This document shows positions 44,390 to 53,536 of a DNA stretch of 64,000 nt, piece after piece. Below the pieces are notes generated by a model that was not told the origin of the DNA, made no database searches, and was given only the letters and a program-made list of their open reading frames with translations. Both the position numbers and the translations under genes were made by a program. Source of the stretch: an uncultured delta proteobacterium (GTDB lineage Bacteria; Myxococcota_A; Polyangia; Polyangiales; Polyangiaceae); assembly GCA_963782055.1 (NCBI GenBank), contig CAWAIF010000003.1, positions 1,024,001 through 1,088,000 of the forward strand, written 5' to 3'. Position 1 is the first letter of the stretch. Each line of letters begins with the position of its first letter.

Positions 44390-44545
44390 CGACACCACTG
44401 GGCCAACCCGCATCCCGACCCGGCTGGCTCGACTTTGAGCGGGCTGGATTCCATGTACATCAAAAAGTTAGACAAACACACGATAACTGTAAGTTTTTTC
44501 GTTCCCGATCAAGCTGCTCAGGCGACGAATTTCACCCAAAGTCTA

Positions 44546-44575
44546 TTGACTCTCTTCGGTCTGACCCTGCATGCT
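44546..44575 (+). promoter_or_regulatory. Putative sigma70 promoter, rightward motor operon
   Basis: TTGACT-18 nt-CATGCT. Confidence 0.4.
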
Positions 44576-44884
44576 GGCTCGGCGCGTGCCCGCTCGCTTC
44601 GTGCGATCCGGGCCAAGCATCTCTCACCAACTCAGCGGGAGAGCGAAGACCGACCCGGGCACCTTTCGTCGTACGAGCTTGCGTCGCCTCTTCGCGTTCA
44701 GATAGTCTCCCATCGCTTCGCTATTCTGCCCCACGACGTTTCGCTTCCGCACCTGGCATGCGAACCGACCAAGAGAGAGATCGTCGCAACGTTCCGGGGC
44801 TTGACTTCACCAAGGTCTGACGCGCTCAAACGCTACGCGCCCGAGTCGATGAACGAAGGGCACGGTTGAGGAGGACGATATCCA

Positions 44885-45538
44885 ATGGCTGCGATCTGGA
44901 AGCACTTCAGGGACGGTGGATGGGGCATGTACCCCATCGTTTTGTGGTCGATTCTGACCATCGGTATCATCATCGAGCGCGCCCTCTACCTGTTCGGCTC
45001 GTCGATCAACAAGGACGTGTTCCTTGCGACGATGCAGAAGTGCATCCTCGCGGGTGACGTGGCGAAGGCGGTGAAGATGTGCTCCGCCGCCAACGCGCCG
45101 CTCGCGCGCATCGTGCAGGCGGGCCTGGTGAAGGTGAACCGCCCGGACGAGGAAGTTCAGGCGGCCATGGACGAAGCGGCGCTCCGCGAGATCCCGAAGA
45201 TCTCCAAGCGCACGGGCTTCCTCGCCCTCCTCGCGAACCTCGCGATGCTCTCCGGTCTGCTCGGCACCGTGTCGGGTCTGATCCAGAGCTTCGGCGCGGT
45301 CTCCGGAGAGAGCGTCGACCCGAGCCAGAAGGCGCGCATCCTCGCCGAAGGCATCTCCGAGGCGATGAACTGCACCGCCTTCGGCCTCATCGTCGCCATC
45401 ATCGGCCTCATCGGCTTCGCCGTTCTCAACGGCAAGACGCAGAGCCTCGAGGACGACATCAACGAGTCCAGCGTGCAGGTGCTCAACCTGGTGGTGACCA
45501 ACCGCCAGAAGGTGAACCTGGGCGCGGTCCAGGGCTGA
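44885..45538 (+). CDS. MotA/TolQ/ExbB proton-channel protein
   Basis: GGWGMYPI...IIIER, LANLAMLSGLLGTVSGLIQSF, GISEAMNCTAFGL; strong GAGGAGG RBS. Confidence 0.93.
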   Translation: MAAIWKHFRDGGWGMYPIVLWSILTIGIIIERALYLFGSSINKDVFLATMQKCILAGDVAKAVKMCSAANAPLARIVQAGLVKVNRPDEEVQAAMDEAALREIPKISKRTGFLALLANLAMLSGLLGTVSGLIQSFGAVSGESVDPSQKARILAEGISEAMNCTAFGLIVAIIGLIGFAVLNGKTQSLEDDINESSVQVLNLVVTNRQKVNLGAVQG

Positions 45539-45550
45539 TTCAACCTCACA

Positions 45551-45583
45551 CCCCCCTGACCCCCTCTCCGGAAGGAGAGGGGG
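45551..45583. repeat. REP-like palindromic repeat, copy 2
   Basis: CCCCCTCTCC-GGAA-GGAGAGGGGG perfect hairpin inside the operon. Confidence 0.65.
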
Positions 45584-45599
45584 CTCATGAGAGGATGCC

Positions 45600-46178
45600 A
45601 TGGCAGGCGTAGACGTAGGCGGAGGCGGCGGCGGCGGACGCAAGAAGCTGGACTCGGAGATCAACATGATCCCGTTCATCGACTTGCTCATGGTGACCAT
45701 CTCCTTCCTCCTCATCACGGCGGTGTGGTCACACATGGCCCGCATCAACGCGGACGCCCAGGTTCCCGGCCCGCCTCGCCCTGACACCGAGGTGAAGCCG
45801 AAGGAGCCGGAGAAGATCCTGCACGTGGAGATGCGCTCTCCGGACAAGTTCGTGCTGGTCTGGAAGCAGGGCGCCCAGGTCGTCAACTCGATCGACGTGC
45901 CCCGCAAGGACGACCTTCAGGTCACCAACGGGGCGAAGAAGATCCGCTACCCGGACCTCGCGAAGAAGATCGAGAGCGAGTGGAACAACTCGGGCTCGCA
46001 CCGCGACCCGACGGACACGAAGCTGGACCAGGCGGTCCTGCACACCGACAACGACACGCAGTACGTCTACCTGATCGGCGTCATCGACGCGATCTACCAG
46101 ACGCACCGCAAGCTGAACCTGCCGAGCGGGAAGACGGAAGAGATGCCCGCCTTCAACGTCACCTTCGCGGTGAACTGA
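45600..46178 (+). CDS. ExbD/TolR family protein
   Basis: EINMIPFIDLLMVTISFLLITAVW; YVYLIGVIDAI. Confidence 0.88.
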   Translation: MAGVDVGGGGGGGRKKLDSEINMIPFIDLLMVTISFLLITAVWSHMARINADAQVPGPPRPDTEVKPKEPEKILHVEMRSPDKFVLVWKQGAQVVNSIDVPRKDDLQVTNGAKKIRYPDLAKKIESEWNNSGSHRDPTDTKLDQAVLHTDNDTQYVYLIGVIDAIYQTHRKLNLPSGKTEEMPAFNVTFAVN

Positions 46179-46194
46179 GCCGAGGACCCGAGAG

Positions 46195-46737
46195 ATGCCG
46201 CTTCACGAGCCCGGCCGACGCCTGATGCACTTCATCCCGTTGCCCTACGTCACCAAGAAGGTGGTGGGGCACGGCGGACGCAACGTCAACGCCGGCCTGT
46301 CGCTGACGTCGATGATCGACTTCCTCATCGTCGTCGTCGTCTTCCTGCTGATGACCTTCGCCGCGTCGGGGCAGACGCCCATCGCCAAGGGCCTCCACCT
46401 GCCGCAGGCGGAGAACACCCTGGACATGATCGACGCACCGATGGTCGCCATCAACGGCAACCAGATCCTGGTGGACGGCGCGGCCGCGGGCAACACGCAC
46501 TCCATCGAGGACAGCAAGCGCCTGCAGCGCATCGAGGAGCTGTTCAACGTCCTCAAGGGCAAGCGCGAGGTCTGGCGGCAGCTTCACCCGGGCAAGGACT
46601 TCCCCGGCGTGGTGGTGCTCCAGGTGGACCAGGACGTCCCGGCGGTCGTGGTGAAGAGCACCTTCCAGACCGCGGCCTTCGCCGGCTACCCGAACGTCAG
46701 CTTCATGGTCAACCAGCTGCCCAAGTCGCACCACTGA
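46195..46737 (+). CDS. ExbD/TolR family protein
   Basis: LSLTSMIDFLIVVVVFLLMTF; LQVDQDVPAVVVK...AGYPNVSF. Confidence 0.88.
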   Translation: MPLHEPGRRLMHFIPLPYVTKKVVGHGGRNVNAGLSLTSMIDFLIVVVVFLLMTFAASGQTPIAKGLHLPQAENTLDMIDAPMVAINGNQILVDGAAAGNTHSIEDSKRLQRIEELFNVLKGKREVWRQLHPGKDFPGVVVLQVDQDVPAVVVKSTFQTAAFAGYPNVSFMVNQLPKSHH

Positions 46738-46762
46738 CCCAGCCCGGCTGCACGACGAGCAG

Positions 46763-46801
46763 AGGCCGCGGGGCGAGGTAGCCCGCGGCCTTTCTCTTTT
46801 T
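46763..46801 (+). terminator. Intrinsic terminator after the rightward motor operon
   Basis: AGGCCGCGGG...CCCGCGGCCT stem followed by TTCTCTTTTT. Confidence 0.7.
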
Positions 46802-46811
46802 CCGGACAAGC

Positions 46812-47837
46812 ATGCCTGCACCGCCCCCGCCGAAGAAGAAGCCCGGACTCCCCGCGATCTACGAGGGCCGCGAGAAGCGCAAGAAGGGCAGCTTCAGCCG
46901 GCCGACGAGCAGCGTCTGGCTGGTGGTGCTGGGCGGGCTCGTGGCGTCGCTGCTCGCCTATCACTTCGTCTCCAGCCACCAGCTGGAGAGCGCGCGCGGG
47001 GCGCTCCTCGCCAAGCAGCGGGCGGTGGACACCACGGTCGGCGTCGAGTGGGCGCCGCTGCGCGACCGGATCGAGAAGTTCGTGACCGAGCAGTCGGGGG
47101 CCTACGCGGGCGACATGGTCGACCCTGCGGCGCGGCAGTGGGACTTCCGCGAGCAGCCGGGCATCTACCTGCGGCTGGAGCTGAAGGACGCGGCCACGCC
47201 GGAGGCCATCCGCGCGGCGGCGGGAGACTCGCTCAAGGACGCCTTCGCCGCGTGCCTTCTCAAGACCGAGAACCCGGGCCTCGCCGCCGGCGTGCCCGAC
47301 GCCAGCACCTTCCCGGAGCAGCCGTGGAACCTGCGGCAGGCATACGCGTCGACACGCATCCTGACGCCGGCGTGGGTGTCGGAGGTGAAGGCCGCCGAGG
47401 ACCCGCTGCGCCTTCGCGTCTTCCAGCAGCAGTACGAGAAGGCGGAGTCGATGGAGATCCCCGAGGCGATCCGCATCATCAAGCAGGCGCAGTTCTTCCT
47501 GCTGGTGCTGGACGAGCCCGCGGCCGAGGGGAAGGCCGCGGAGGCCCCCGCGACCGCCGACGCCGGGGCGACGGGGCTGGAGGCGCTGGAGCTCGTGCCC
47601 CACTTCGCGCGGGTGTACGTGCTCGACCTGCGCGACAACCACGAGATCCTCCGCCTGCGAAGGATGGCGGAGGGGAAGTTCTTCTTCACGGGGCGCCCCG
47701 CCAGCGACCCGGAGACGGTCGATGCCGTGAAGCGGCAGGTGAACAACTGCGCGCTCGCGCAGGACGTCCGCCTGGCGATCGCGCCGCCGCCGGCGCCGGC
47801 AGAGAGCGACGGCGGCGCGCCGGAGGCCGCACCCTGA
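46812..47837 (+). CDS. Hypothetical single-pass membrane protein
   Basis: Basic N-terminus, one TM segment (VWLVVLGGLVASLLAY) and a soluble domain; protein-like composition. Confidence 0.72.
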   Translation: MPAPPPPKKKPGLPAIYEGREKRKKGSFSRPTSSVWLVVLGGLVASLLAYHFVSSHQLESARGALLAKQRAVDTTVGVEWAPLRDRIEKFVTEQSGAYAGDMVDPAARQWDFREQPGIYLRLELKDAATPEAIRAAAGDSLKDAFAACLLKTENPGLAAGVPDASTFPEQPWNLRQAYASTRILTPAWVSEVKAAEDPLRLRVFQQQYEKAESMEIPEAIRIIKQAQFFLLVLDEPAAEGKAAEAPATADAGATGLEALELVPHFARVYVLDLRDNHEILRLRRMAEGKFFFTGRPASDPETVDAVKRQVNNCALAQDVRLAIAPPPAPAESDGGAPEAAP

Positions 47838-48464
47838 TCAGCGCAGGGTGTCGCCAACGTCGACGGCGTGCCCGCCGAAGATCTGCTGCCACGCCACGAC
47901 GAAGCTGACGACGAACGCGCGCTGCTCCGGCGTGGACGGGTCGGCGCCGGAGAGGGCGCCGTCGCTCCAGCGCAGCGTGGCGTGGACGCCGAGCAGCGGC
48001 CCGCTCGCGCGCGGGAGCAGAGGAAACTCCAGGCCCAGGCCGAAGGAGAGGCCGCCCACGCTGGCGAAGCCGCGGCCGGGCGGCTGCGCGGCGAAGGCGC
48101 CGAGCTCGAGGGCGAGCGAGTCGATGAGCAGGTCCACGCGCGGGCTGCCGAGCTCGTGGCCGGTGAGCCACCGGCCCAGAAAGAGCGGGCGCAGCTCGAG
48201 CCCGCCGGCGAGCACGCGCGCCGGCGCGGCGTCGCCGCCGAAGCCCTCCTCGTAGGTGAGGAATATACCTGCACTCTGCAAGTATCGCAGGCGGAGGTCG
48301 GCCGCGCCGCGCGGGCCTCGCGCGCCGGCGACGACGCCGAGCGCCCCGCGAATGGCCATGTCGCCGTCGATGCGGCCGTACGTCGTGTCGGCCGCGGCGT
48401 GCCGGGCCGCGCCGGCGTCCATCAGCGTCATGGCCGCGGCCAGGAGCGCGTCAGCGGGGAACAT
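47838..48464 (-). CDS. Hypothetical exported protein, possibly an outer-membrane beta-barrel
   Basis: Signal-like N-terminus; alternating strands (LSFGLGLEFPL, FVVSFVVAWQQIF); overlaps the end of the HD gene. Confidence 0.6.
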   Translation of the reverse strand: MFPADALLAAAMTLMDAGAARHAAADTTYGRIDGDMAIRGALGVVAGARGPRGAADLRLRYLQSAGIFLTYEEGFGGDAAPARVLAGGLELRPLFLGRWLTGHELGSPRVDLLIDSLALELGAFAAQPPGRGFASVGGLSFGLGLEFPLLPRASGPLLGVHATLRWSDGALSGADPSTPEQRAFVVSFVVAWQQIFGGHAVDVGDTLR

Positions 48465-49752
48465 CGTCCGTCAGCCTCCGGGTGATCTCCTCCCGGAGCT
48501 CCGGCGCGAGGATCAGCCGCACGCGCGACAGCTCCTCCCCCGCCAGCCGGGCCAGGAGGAAGGACACCTCGCCGAGCGGCCGCGCCGGGCCCTTCGCGTA
48601 GACGACGAGCGGCTCCTGACCGCCCTCGAAGGGGACGTCGCTCGCCACGTCCAGGTCGACGTAGACCTCCGGCTCCAGACCCTGCTCGGCGGCGACCTCG
48701 CGCGCGAGGGCGAGGGCCTTCAGGCGCCCCTCCGCCGTGGCCTGATCGCCGAAGAGCTCCAGCGTCTTGAAGAGGGCGCGGCGCCGCACGCGGCGGGCGA
48801 GATCGGCCAGCGGGGCGTCCTTCGCTCCCTCCCACGCGTGCATCGTGACGGTGAGCAGGGCGTCGTCCAGCTCCAGGTAATCGCCGAGCGGCACCTCTTG
48901 CCCGTGGGCGGCGAGCTCGATCACCCGGGGCACGGCCGGGAGTCGCGCGCCGTCGCGGACGAGGCGCGCCGCGCGCCCGAGGACGGCGCGGATCATCCAC
49001 TCCGCGGCGCGCGTCGCCTTGTGGAGGTAGACCTGCTGGAACATGAAGAGACGCGAGACCAAGAACGCCTCGATCGCCGGGAGGCCCTTCGCGCCGTCGA
49101 TGGCGAGCGAGGGCGCGCGCTCGGGATCCGCCGCGGGGGCGAAGCGCAGGCTGCGCAGCAGCCAGTCCAGGTCGAACACGCCGTAGCGGACGCCCGTCGC
49201 GTGGGCGTCGCGCAGCAGGTAGTCGCAGCGGTCGACGTCGAAGGTGCCGCTCACCGATCGCGCCAGGTAGGGCAGCGGGTGCTCGCCGCGCACGAGCGCC
49301 GCGACGCGCCCGGGCAGGCCCCCGTCGCGCGAGGCGAGGATCTGGTGCACGCTCGTCGACGGGTCCAGGAGGATGCGCTCGGTCCACTGCTCGTGGTGGG
49401 GGATGCCCGGGATGGCGTCCTCGAAGAGGTGCGAGAGCGGACCGTGGCCGAGGTCGTGGAGGAAGGCGGCGGCGAGCGCCTCCTCCGCGGTGTCGCTGGT
49501 GATCTGCTGCCAGAAGGGGAGGTCGCCCTGGATCGCTCGCAGCCGCGCGACGAGCTGCTTCATCACGAAGGCCGCGCCCACGGCGTGGGCGAAGCGCGTG
49601 TGCTCGGCGCCGGGGAAGGCGTACGACGCGACGCCGAGCTGCCGCACGCGGCGCAGCCGCTGGACCTCCGGCGTGTCCATGAGGCGCTCGATGAGCCGCT
49701 CCTCGTCGGCCTCGAAGGAGACGAGTCCGTGGATGGGGTCGCGCAGGATCAT
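48451..49752 (-). CDS. HD-domain phosphohydrolase, SAMHD1/dNTPase-like
   Basis: RDPIHG, QRLRRVRQLG, AEHTRFAHAVG, LHDLGHGPLSH, DVDRCDYLLRD, MFQQVYLHK. Confidence 0.9.
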   Translation of the reverse strand: MILRDPIHGLVSFEADEERLIERLMDTPEVQRLRRVRQLGVASYAFPGAEHTRFAHAVGAAFVMKQLVARLRAIQGDLPFWQQITSDTAEEALAAAFLHDLGHGPLSHLFEDAIPGIPHHEQWTERILLDPSTSVHQILASRDGGLPGRVAALVRGEHPLPYLARSVSGTFDVDRCDYLLRDAHATGVRYGVFDLDWLLRSLRFAPAADPERAPSLAIDGAKGLPAIEAFLVSRLFMFQQVYLHKATRAAEWMIRAVLGRAARLVRDGARLPAVPRVIELAAHGQEVPLGDYLELDDALLTVTMHAWEGAKDAPLADLARRVRRRALFKTLELFGDQATAEGRLKALALAREVAAEQGLEPEVYVDLDVASDVPFEGGQEPLVVYAKGPARPLGEVSFLLARLAGEELSRVRLILAPELREEITRRLTDDVPR

Positions 49753-51143
49753 GGGGCGCGCGTCTCCGCGACGGTGCCGTCGTCCTCGTAGACGCGCACG
49801 CGCAGCGCGGGGGCGCTCTGCGCGATGTCGGCGAAGGTGGCGATCTTCGCCGGGCCGCCCAGCGTGCGGGCGGCGTGCCACGAGGCGGCGAAGGGTGCGG
49901 CGGCCTCCCCCGCGGTGTCGATCGCCCAGGCGAGCGGCTCGCTCGGCTCCAGCAGGATGACGCGCGTGCCGAGCAGGTGCTTGTCCAGGCCGACCCGCGC
50001 GCACCGCGCGGCCGGCTCCTCGCAGCCCACGTACTCCACCGTCGGCACGAGGCCCCTGCGGATCAGACGGGCCCGCCCGTTCGCGAGGGCGACGGCGCCG
50101 GCGTCCGCGGCGACGACGCGCCGGCCCGCGAGCGCCGCCGCCTCCGCCGTCGTGCCGCTCCCCGCGAAGAGGTCCACCACCACGCCGTCCTCGGGCGAGG
50201 CGCAGCGGACGATGCGGTCGAGCAGCGCCAGCGGCTTCTGGGTCGGATAGCCGGTGCGCTCGGAGGGCGGCGCGTGGCGCAAGGGCGGCACGTCGTTCCA
50301 CAGCGTGTCGACGCGACGCTCGCGGCACCAGCGCCCCTCGTCGTCCTTCACCATGAAGTACTTGATGTAGACGCGGCCGGAGGCGGTGCGCAGCACGCGC
50401 CCCTCCTTCTCCAGCCTGGCGATGGATGCGTCGGTGTAGTCGCCGCGCGGCGCGGAGGTGAAGGGCCGGCCCTCGTCGTCGAAGCGGATGGCGCGCTCCT
50501 CGATGGGCTCGAGCCGGGTCGGCGGCCGCAGCTTCGCCGCCGGCCCGCCGTAGACCAGGAGCGTGTCCAGCGTACGGCCGAACTGTCCGCTCGCCGCCTG
50601 CCGGCCGAGGTTGGGCGCGCGCCGCCACACGATCTCGTTCTTGAAGGCGTCGCGCCCCATGATCTCGTCCAGCACGACCCGCACGAGGTACGCCGAGCGC
50701 CAGTCGAGGTGGACCCAGAGCGTGCCGTCCTCGCGCAGCAGCCGCGCCGCGGCCTCGAGGCGCGGCGCGAGCATGTCGAGGTAGGCGCCCACGCCGCCGT
50801 TCTTCCCGTTCCACCGGTCCTCGTAGGCGAGCGAACGGCGCGTGCGGCCGTCGGCCACGCCGTCCATGCGCGCCTCGGCGACGTAGTCGGTCTGCGATGC
50901 GTAGGGTGGGTCGACGTAGACGAGGTGCGCGCGGACGTCGCGCTCGTCGAGCAGCGCGGCCGTGTCGAGCGCGTCGCCGACGAGCCAGGTCACGCGCGGG
51001 TCGCCGCGCTCCCAGAGGCGCGCGGGCTTCGGCGACGGAGCGGCGCCGGGGTCCCACGCGCGTCCCTCCCACGCCAGACGCATGGGGTCGCGCCGGCGCG
51101 CCCGTCGGTGGCGGGCGTGGACCGAGGGGGATCGCGCGGACAC
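49749..51143 (-). CDS. DNA amino-methyltransferase (N6-A/N4-C, beta class, Mod-like)
   Basis: Motif IV VYVDPPY precedes motif I DLFAGSGTT; NEIVW, GYPTQKP. The start is either GTG 51143 or ATG 51083. Confidence 0.9.
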   Translation of the reverse strand: MSARSPSVHARHRRARRRDPMRLAWEGRAWDPGAAPSPKPARLWERGDPRVTWLVGDALDTAALLDERDVRAHLVYVDPPYASQTDYVAEARMDGVADGRTRRSLAYEDRWNGKNGGVGAYLDMLAPRLEAAARLLREDGTLWVHLDWRSAYLVRVVLDEIMGRDAFKNEIVWRRAPNLGRQAASGQFGRTLDTLLVYGGPAAKLRPPTRLEPIEERAIRFDDEGRPFTSAPRGDYTDASIARLEKEGRVLRTASGRVYIKYFMVKDDEGRWCRERRVDTLWNDVPPLRHAPPSERTGYPTQKPLALLDRIVRCASPEDGVVVDLFAGSGTTAEAAALAGRRVVAADAGAVALANGRARLIRRGLVPTVEYVGCEEPAARCARVGLDKHLLGTRVILLEPSEPLAWAIDTAGEAAAPFAASWHAARTLGGPAKIATFADIAQSAPALRVRVYEDDGTVAETRAP

Positions 51144-51220
51144 GCGGGCATGGTAGCGCAAACGTCTCGCCGGGGGGGCCGTGCGGTCCCGGCTCGAAAA
51201 GGGTGTATGCTGCCAAGGTC

Positions 51221-53422
51221 GTGGAACATGCTCAACCGACGAGGATCGTGGAGGTGCTCCGCGCGCTGCCGGGCAAGGAGCTTGGCGCGCTCATCGACCG
51301 CCTCGGCATCCACATCGACTCGGCGAAGCGGCTGGACGAGCCGGCGCAGGTCGCCCGCGCCCTCGTCACCCTGCCGGACCTCCGCGACACCTCGCGCCTG
51401 CCGTCGGCCAGCGTGGAGCTGCTGCACCGCGTCGCCGAGGCGAAGGGAAGCCTGCTGGTCAGCGCGGTGCCGCCCTCGCTCCAGCCGCTCCTCGCGCGCG
51501 GGCTGATGTTCGCGCGCGGGACCGCGCGCAACGCCGAGCTGGTGCTCCCCACCGCGTACCTGGTGCAGCTTCGCTCGTGGGAGGGCGAGGACCCGCGAGG
51601 CGTCCGCGCGCTGCTCGCGCAGGCATCCTTCGAGACGATGAGCGCCATCGCCTCCTACTACCTGGGCCGGCCCGCCACGCCGCCGATCGCCCTGTCGCTG
51701 GAGGCGGCGTGGGAGGTGCTCGCCGACCCGGCCGCCCTCGCCAAGGAGGTGGAGCGCCTCGCCCCGTCGGAGCTGCGCGTGCTCGAGAAGATCGAGCAGG
51801 AGGGTGGGGAGGTGGACACCGAGGAGCTGCTGGAGATCGAGCGCGAGCCGCTCCGTCTGCGGACGGCGACGGGTGTGTCTCCCTCCCGGCGGGGCGTGGG
51901 CTCGGCGCTGGAGCGGCGCGGGTTCCTCATCCCCCTCCACCCCAACCGCCACGTCGTCCCGACCGAGGTGTCGCTCATCGTCTCCAAGGCGCGTCGCGCC
52001 GAGCGCGCCGCGCGTCGCGAGGAGGTCAAACGCTACGTCCTCTCCGGCGATCACGCGCCGCGCCGCGCGCGCTTCGCCCCGGACCCGGGGCCCATCGCGC
52101 TCGGACTGGCGGTCGCGGTGCGGGAGTCGCAAGGCGACGTCCGGCCGGCGGTGGGTACGCCCAAGTCGCTCGTCGCCAAGCTCGCGTCCCGCTTCGGGCG
52201 GGAGGCCAACCACGTCGCGCTCCTCGCCGCGCTCTCGCGCGCGGTCGGGCTGTGGGAGCCGTCCGCGCTGCTGGCGTCGTCGCCGCCGGGGTCGCTCGCC
52301 ATGTCCGACCTGCCGTCGCTGCTCTTCTCCGCCTGGCGCAGGGGCGGCGCGTGGGACGAGGCGCGCGAGGAGCCGGAGGTGCTGCGCCTGCAGCCGGACG
52401 CGCGCGACCCGAGCCCTGTCGGCGTGGTGCGAGAGACGGTGCTGGAGGCCTTGCTGGACCTGGGCGAGGGCTGGATCCCGTGGGTGGCCCTCGCGCGGTA
52501 TTTCCGGTCGGACCACCGCATGCCCGGCCTGACGCGGCTGTTTCGCCGCTGGGCGGACCGCTGCGGCCTCCCGCAGGCGGACCCCATCGCCATCGTGCGG
52601 CGCATCGTGCGCGAGAGCCTGCCCGCGCTGGGCATCCTCGACATGGGCGAGGACGAGGATCTCGCCGACGACGCGCCGGTCTCCCGCGTGGACGACGATC
52701 GCCTCACCGAGGCGGAGCGCGAGCAGCGCGCGACGGACCTCGTCACGGTGCTGCGTCTCACGCCGCGCGGCCGCTCGCTGCTCTCCGCGCGGACGGTGTC
52801 CAACGACGGCGCGCCGGCGAAGTTCCTCGACGCGCACGTGCTGCGGATCGGGTCGTCGACGCACGTGAGCGCGGTGCTCTCCATCGCGCCGCTGGTGGAG
52901 GTGGCGCGCGCGGCGGAGACCCTGGATCTCATCGTCGCGCCGCAGACACTGGCGCGCGCGCTCTCCGCGGGGCTGGAGGCGGACCTGTTGCGGCAGCGGC
53001 TGGAGGCGGTCGCGCATCTGCCCGACAGCCTCTCCAAGACGCTCGCGCAGGCGAGCGTCGTGCTGGGCCGCGCCACCTTCACGGCGGGCTCCGGCTTCCT
53101 CTGGGTGGAGGACGCCAACCTGCGCGAGCTGCTGCGCACGCGCCGCGCGACGGCGGAGCTGTTCGTGGACCCGTCGCCGCCCGGCGGGCTGCTGGTGGTG
53201 GCGGGGGTGGACGTGGATCGACTGTCGCGGCGGTGCCGCACGGTGGGGATCGAGATCCTGGTGGACGGCCAGGTGGTGCGCGCGCGGAGCATTCCGCCGG
53301 GGGGCGTCACGCCGCCGCCGGGGAAGGTGTCGCCGGTGCCGCGGAAGCTGACGCCGGGGGAGGGGACGCGGAGGCGGTCGTCGCAGGTGAAGGTGCAGGT
53401 GCCGCGGAAGGGCGGGAGCTAG
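51221..53422 (+). CDS. Hypothetical protein, probable helicase-associated (Helicase_C_3-like) domain
   Basis: Winged-helix-like segments and C-terminal APQTLARALSAGLEADLLRQRLE...LPDSL; no Walker motifs. The start may be 51221 or 51248. Confidence 0.6.
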   Translation: MEHAQPTRIVEVLRALPGKELGALIDRLGIHIDSAKRLDEPAQVARALVTLPDLRDTSRLPSASVELLHRVAEAKGSLLVSAVPPSLQPLLARGLMFARGTARNAELVLPTAYLVQLRSWEGEDPRGVRALLAQASFETMSAIASYYLGRPATPPIALSLEAAWEVLADPAALAKEVERLAPSELRVLEKIEQEGGEVDTEELLEIEREPLRLRTATGVSPSRRGVGSALERRGFLIPLHPNRHVVPTEVSLIVSKARRAERAARREEVKRYVLSGDHAPRRARFAPDPGPIALGLAVAVRESQGDVRPAVGTPKSLVAKLASRFGREANHVALLAALSRAVGLWEPSALLASSPPGSLAMSDLPSLLFSAWRRGGAWDEAREEPEVLRLQPDARDPSPVGVVRETVLEALLDLGEGWIPWVALARYFRSDHRMPGLTRLFRRWADRCGLPQADPIAIVRRIVRESLPALGILDMGEDEDLADDAPVSRVDDDRLTEAEREQRATDLVTVLRLTPRGRSLLSARTVSNDGAPAKFLDAHVLRIGSSTHVSAVLSIAPLVEVARAAETLDLIVAPQTLARALSAGLEADLLRQRLEAVAHLPDSLSKTLAQASVVLGRATFTAGSGFLWVEDANLRELLRTRRATAELFVDPSPPGGLLVVAGVDVDRLSRRCRTVGIEILVDGQVVRARSIPPGGVTPPPGKVSPVPRKLTPGEGTRRRSSQVKVQVPRKGGS

Positions 53423-53536
53423 TCTCTCTCGCACGGACTCGTCGCGGGGAAGGAACGCGCCGCGGCGGACTCTCTTACACACGAAGAGCCGCAATTTTCC
53501 GCAGATCCTCGCCGCTTCGCGCGCGTACGAGCGGGG

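Noticed and set aside
44290..44869. ORFs of 156-180 aa in the divergent intergenic region
   Set aside because: Atypical codon usage, no RBS or motifs, and they overlap predicted promoters.
48451..51216. 921-aa ORF suggesting a long N-terminal extension on the HD protein
   Set aside because: The upstream part is an off-frame read of the MTase gene; the HD protein starts at MILRDPIHG (49752).
49749..53422. Type III restriction-modification or BREX/DISARM locus
   Set aside because: No Res helicase/nuclease, PglZ, BrxC or Drm genes are visible; the neighbouring large protein lacks ATPase motifs.
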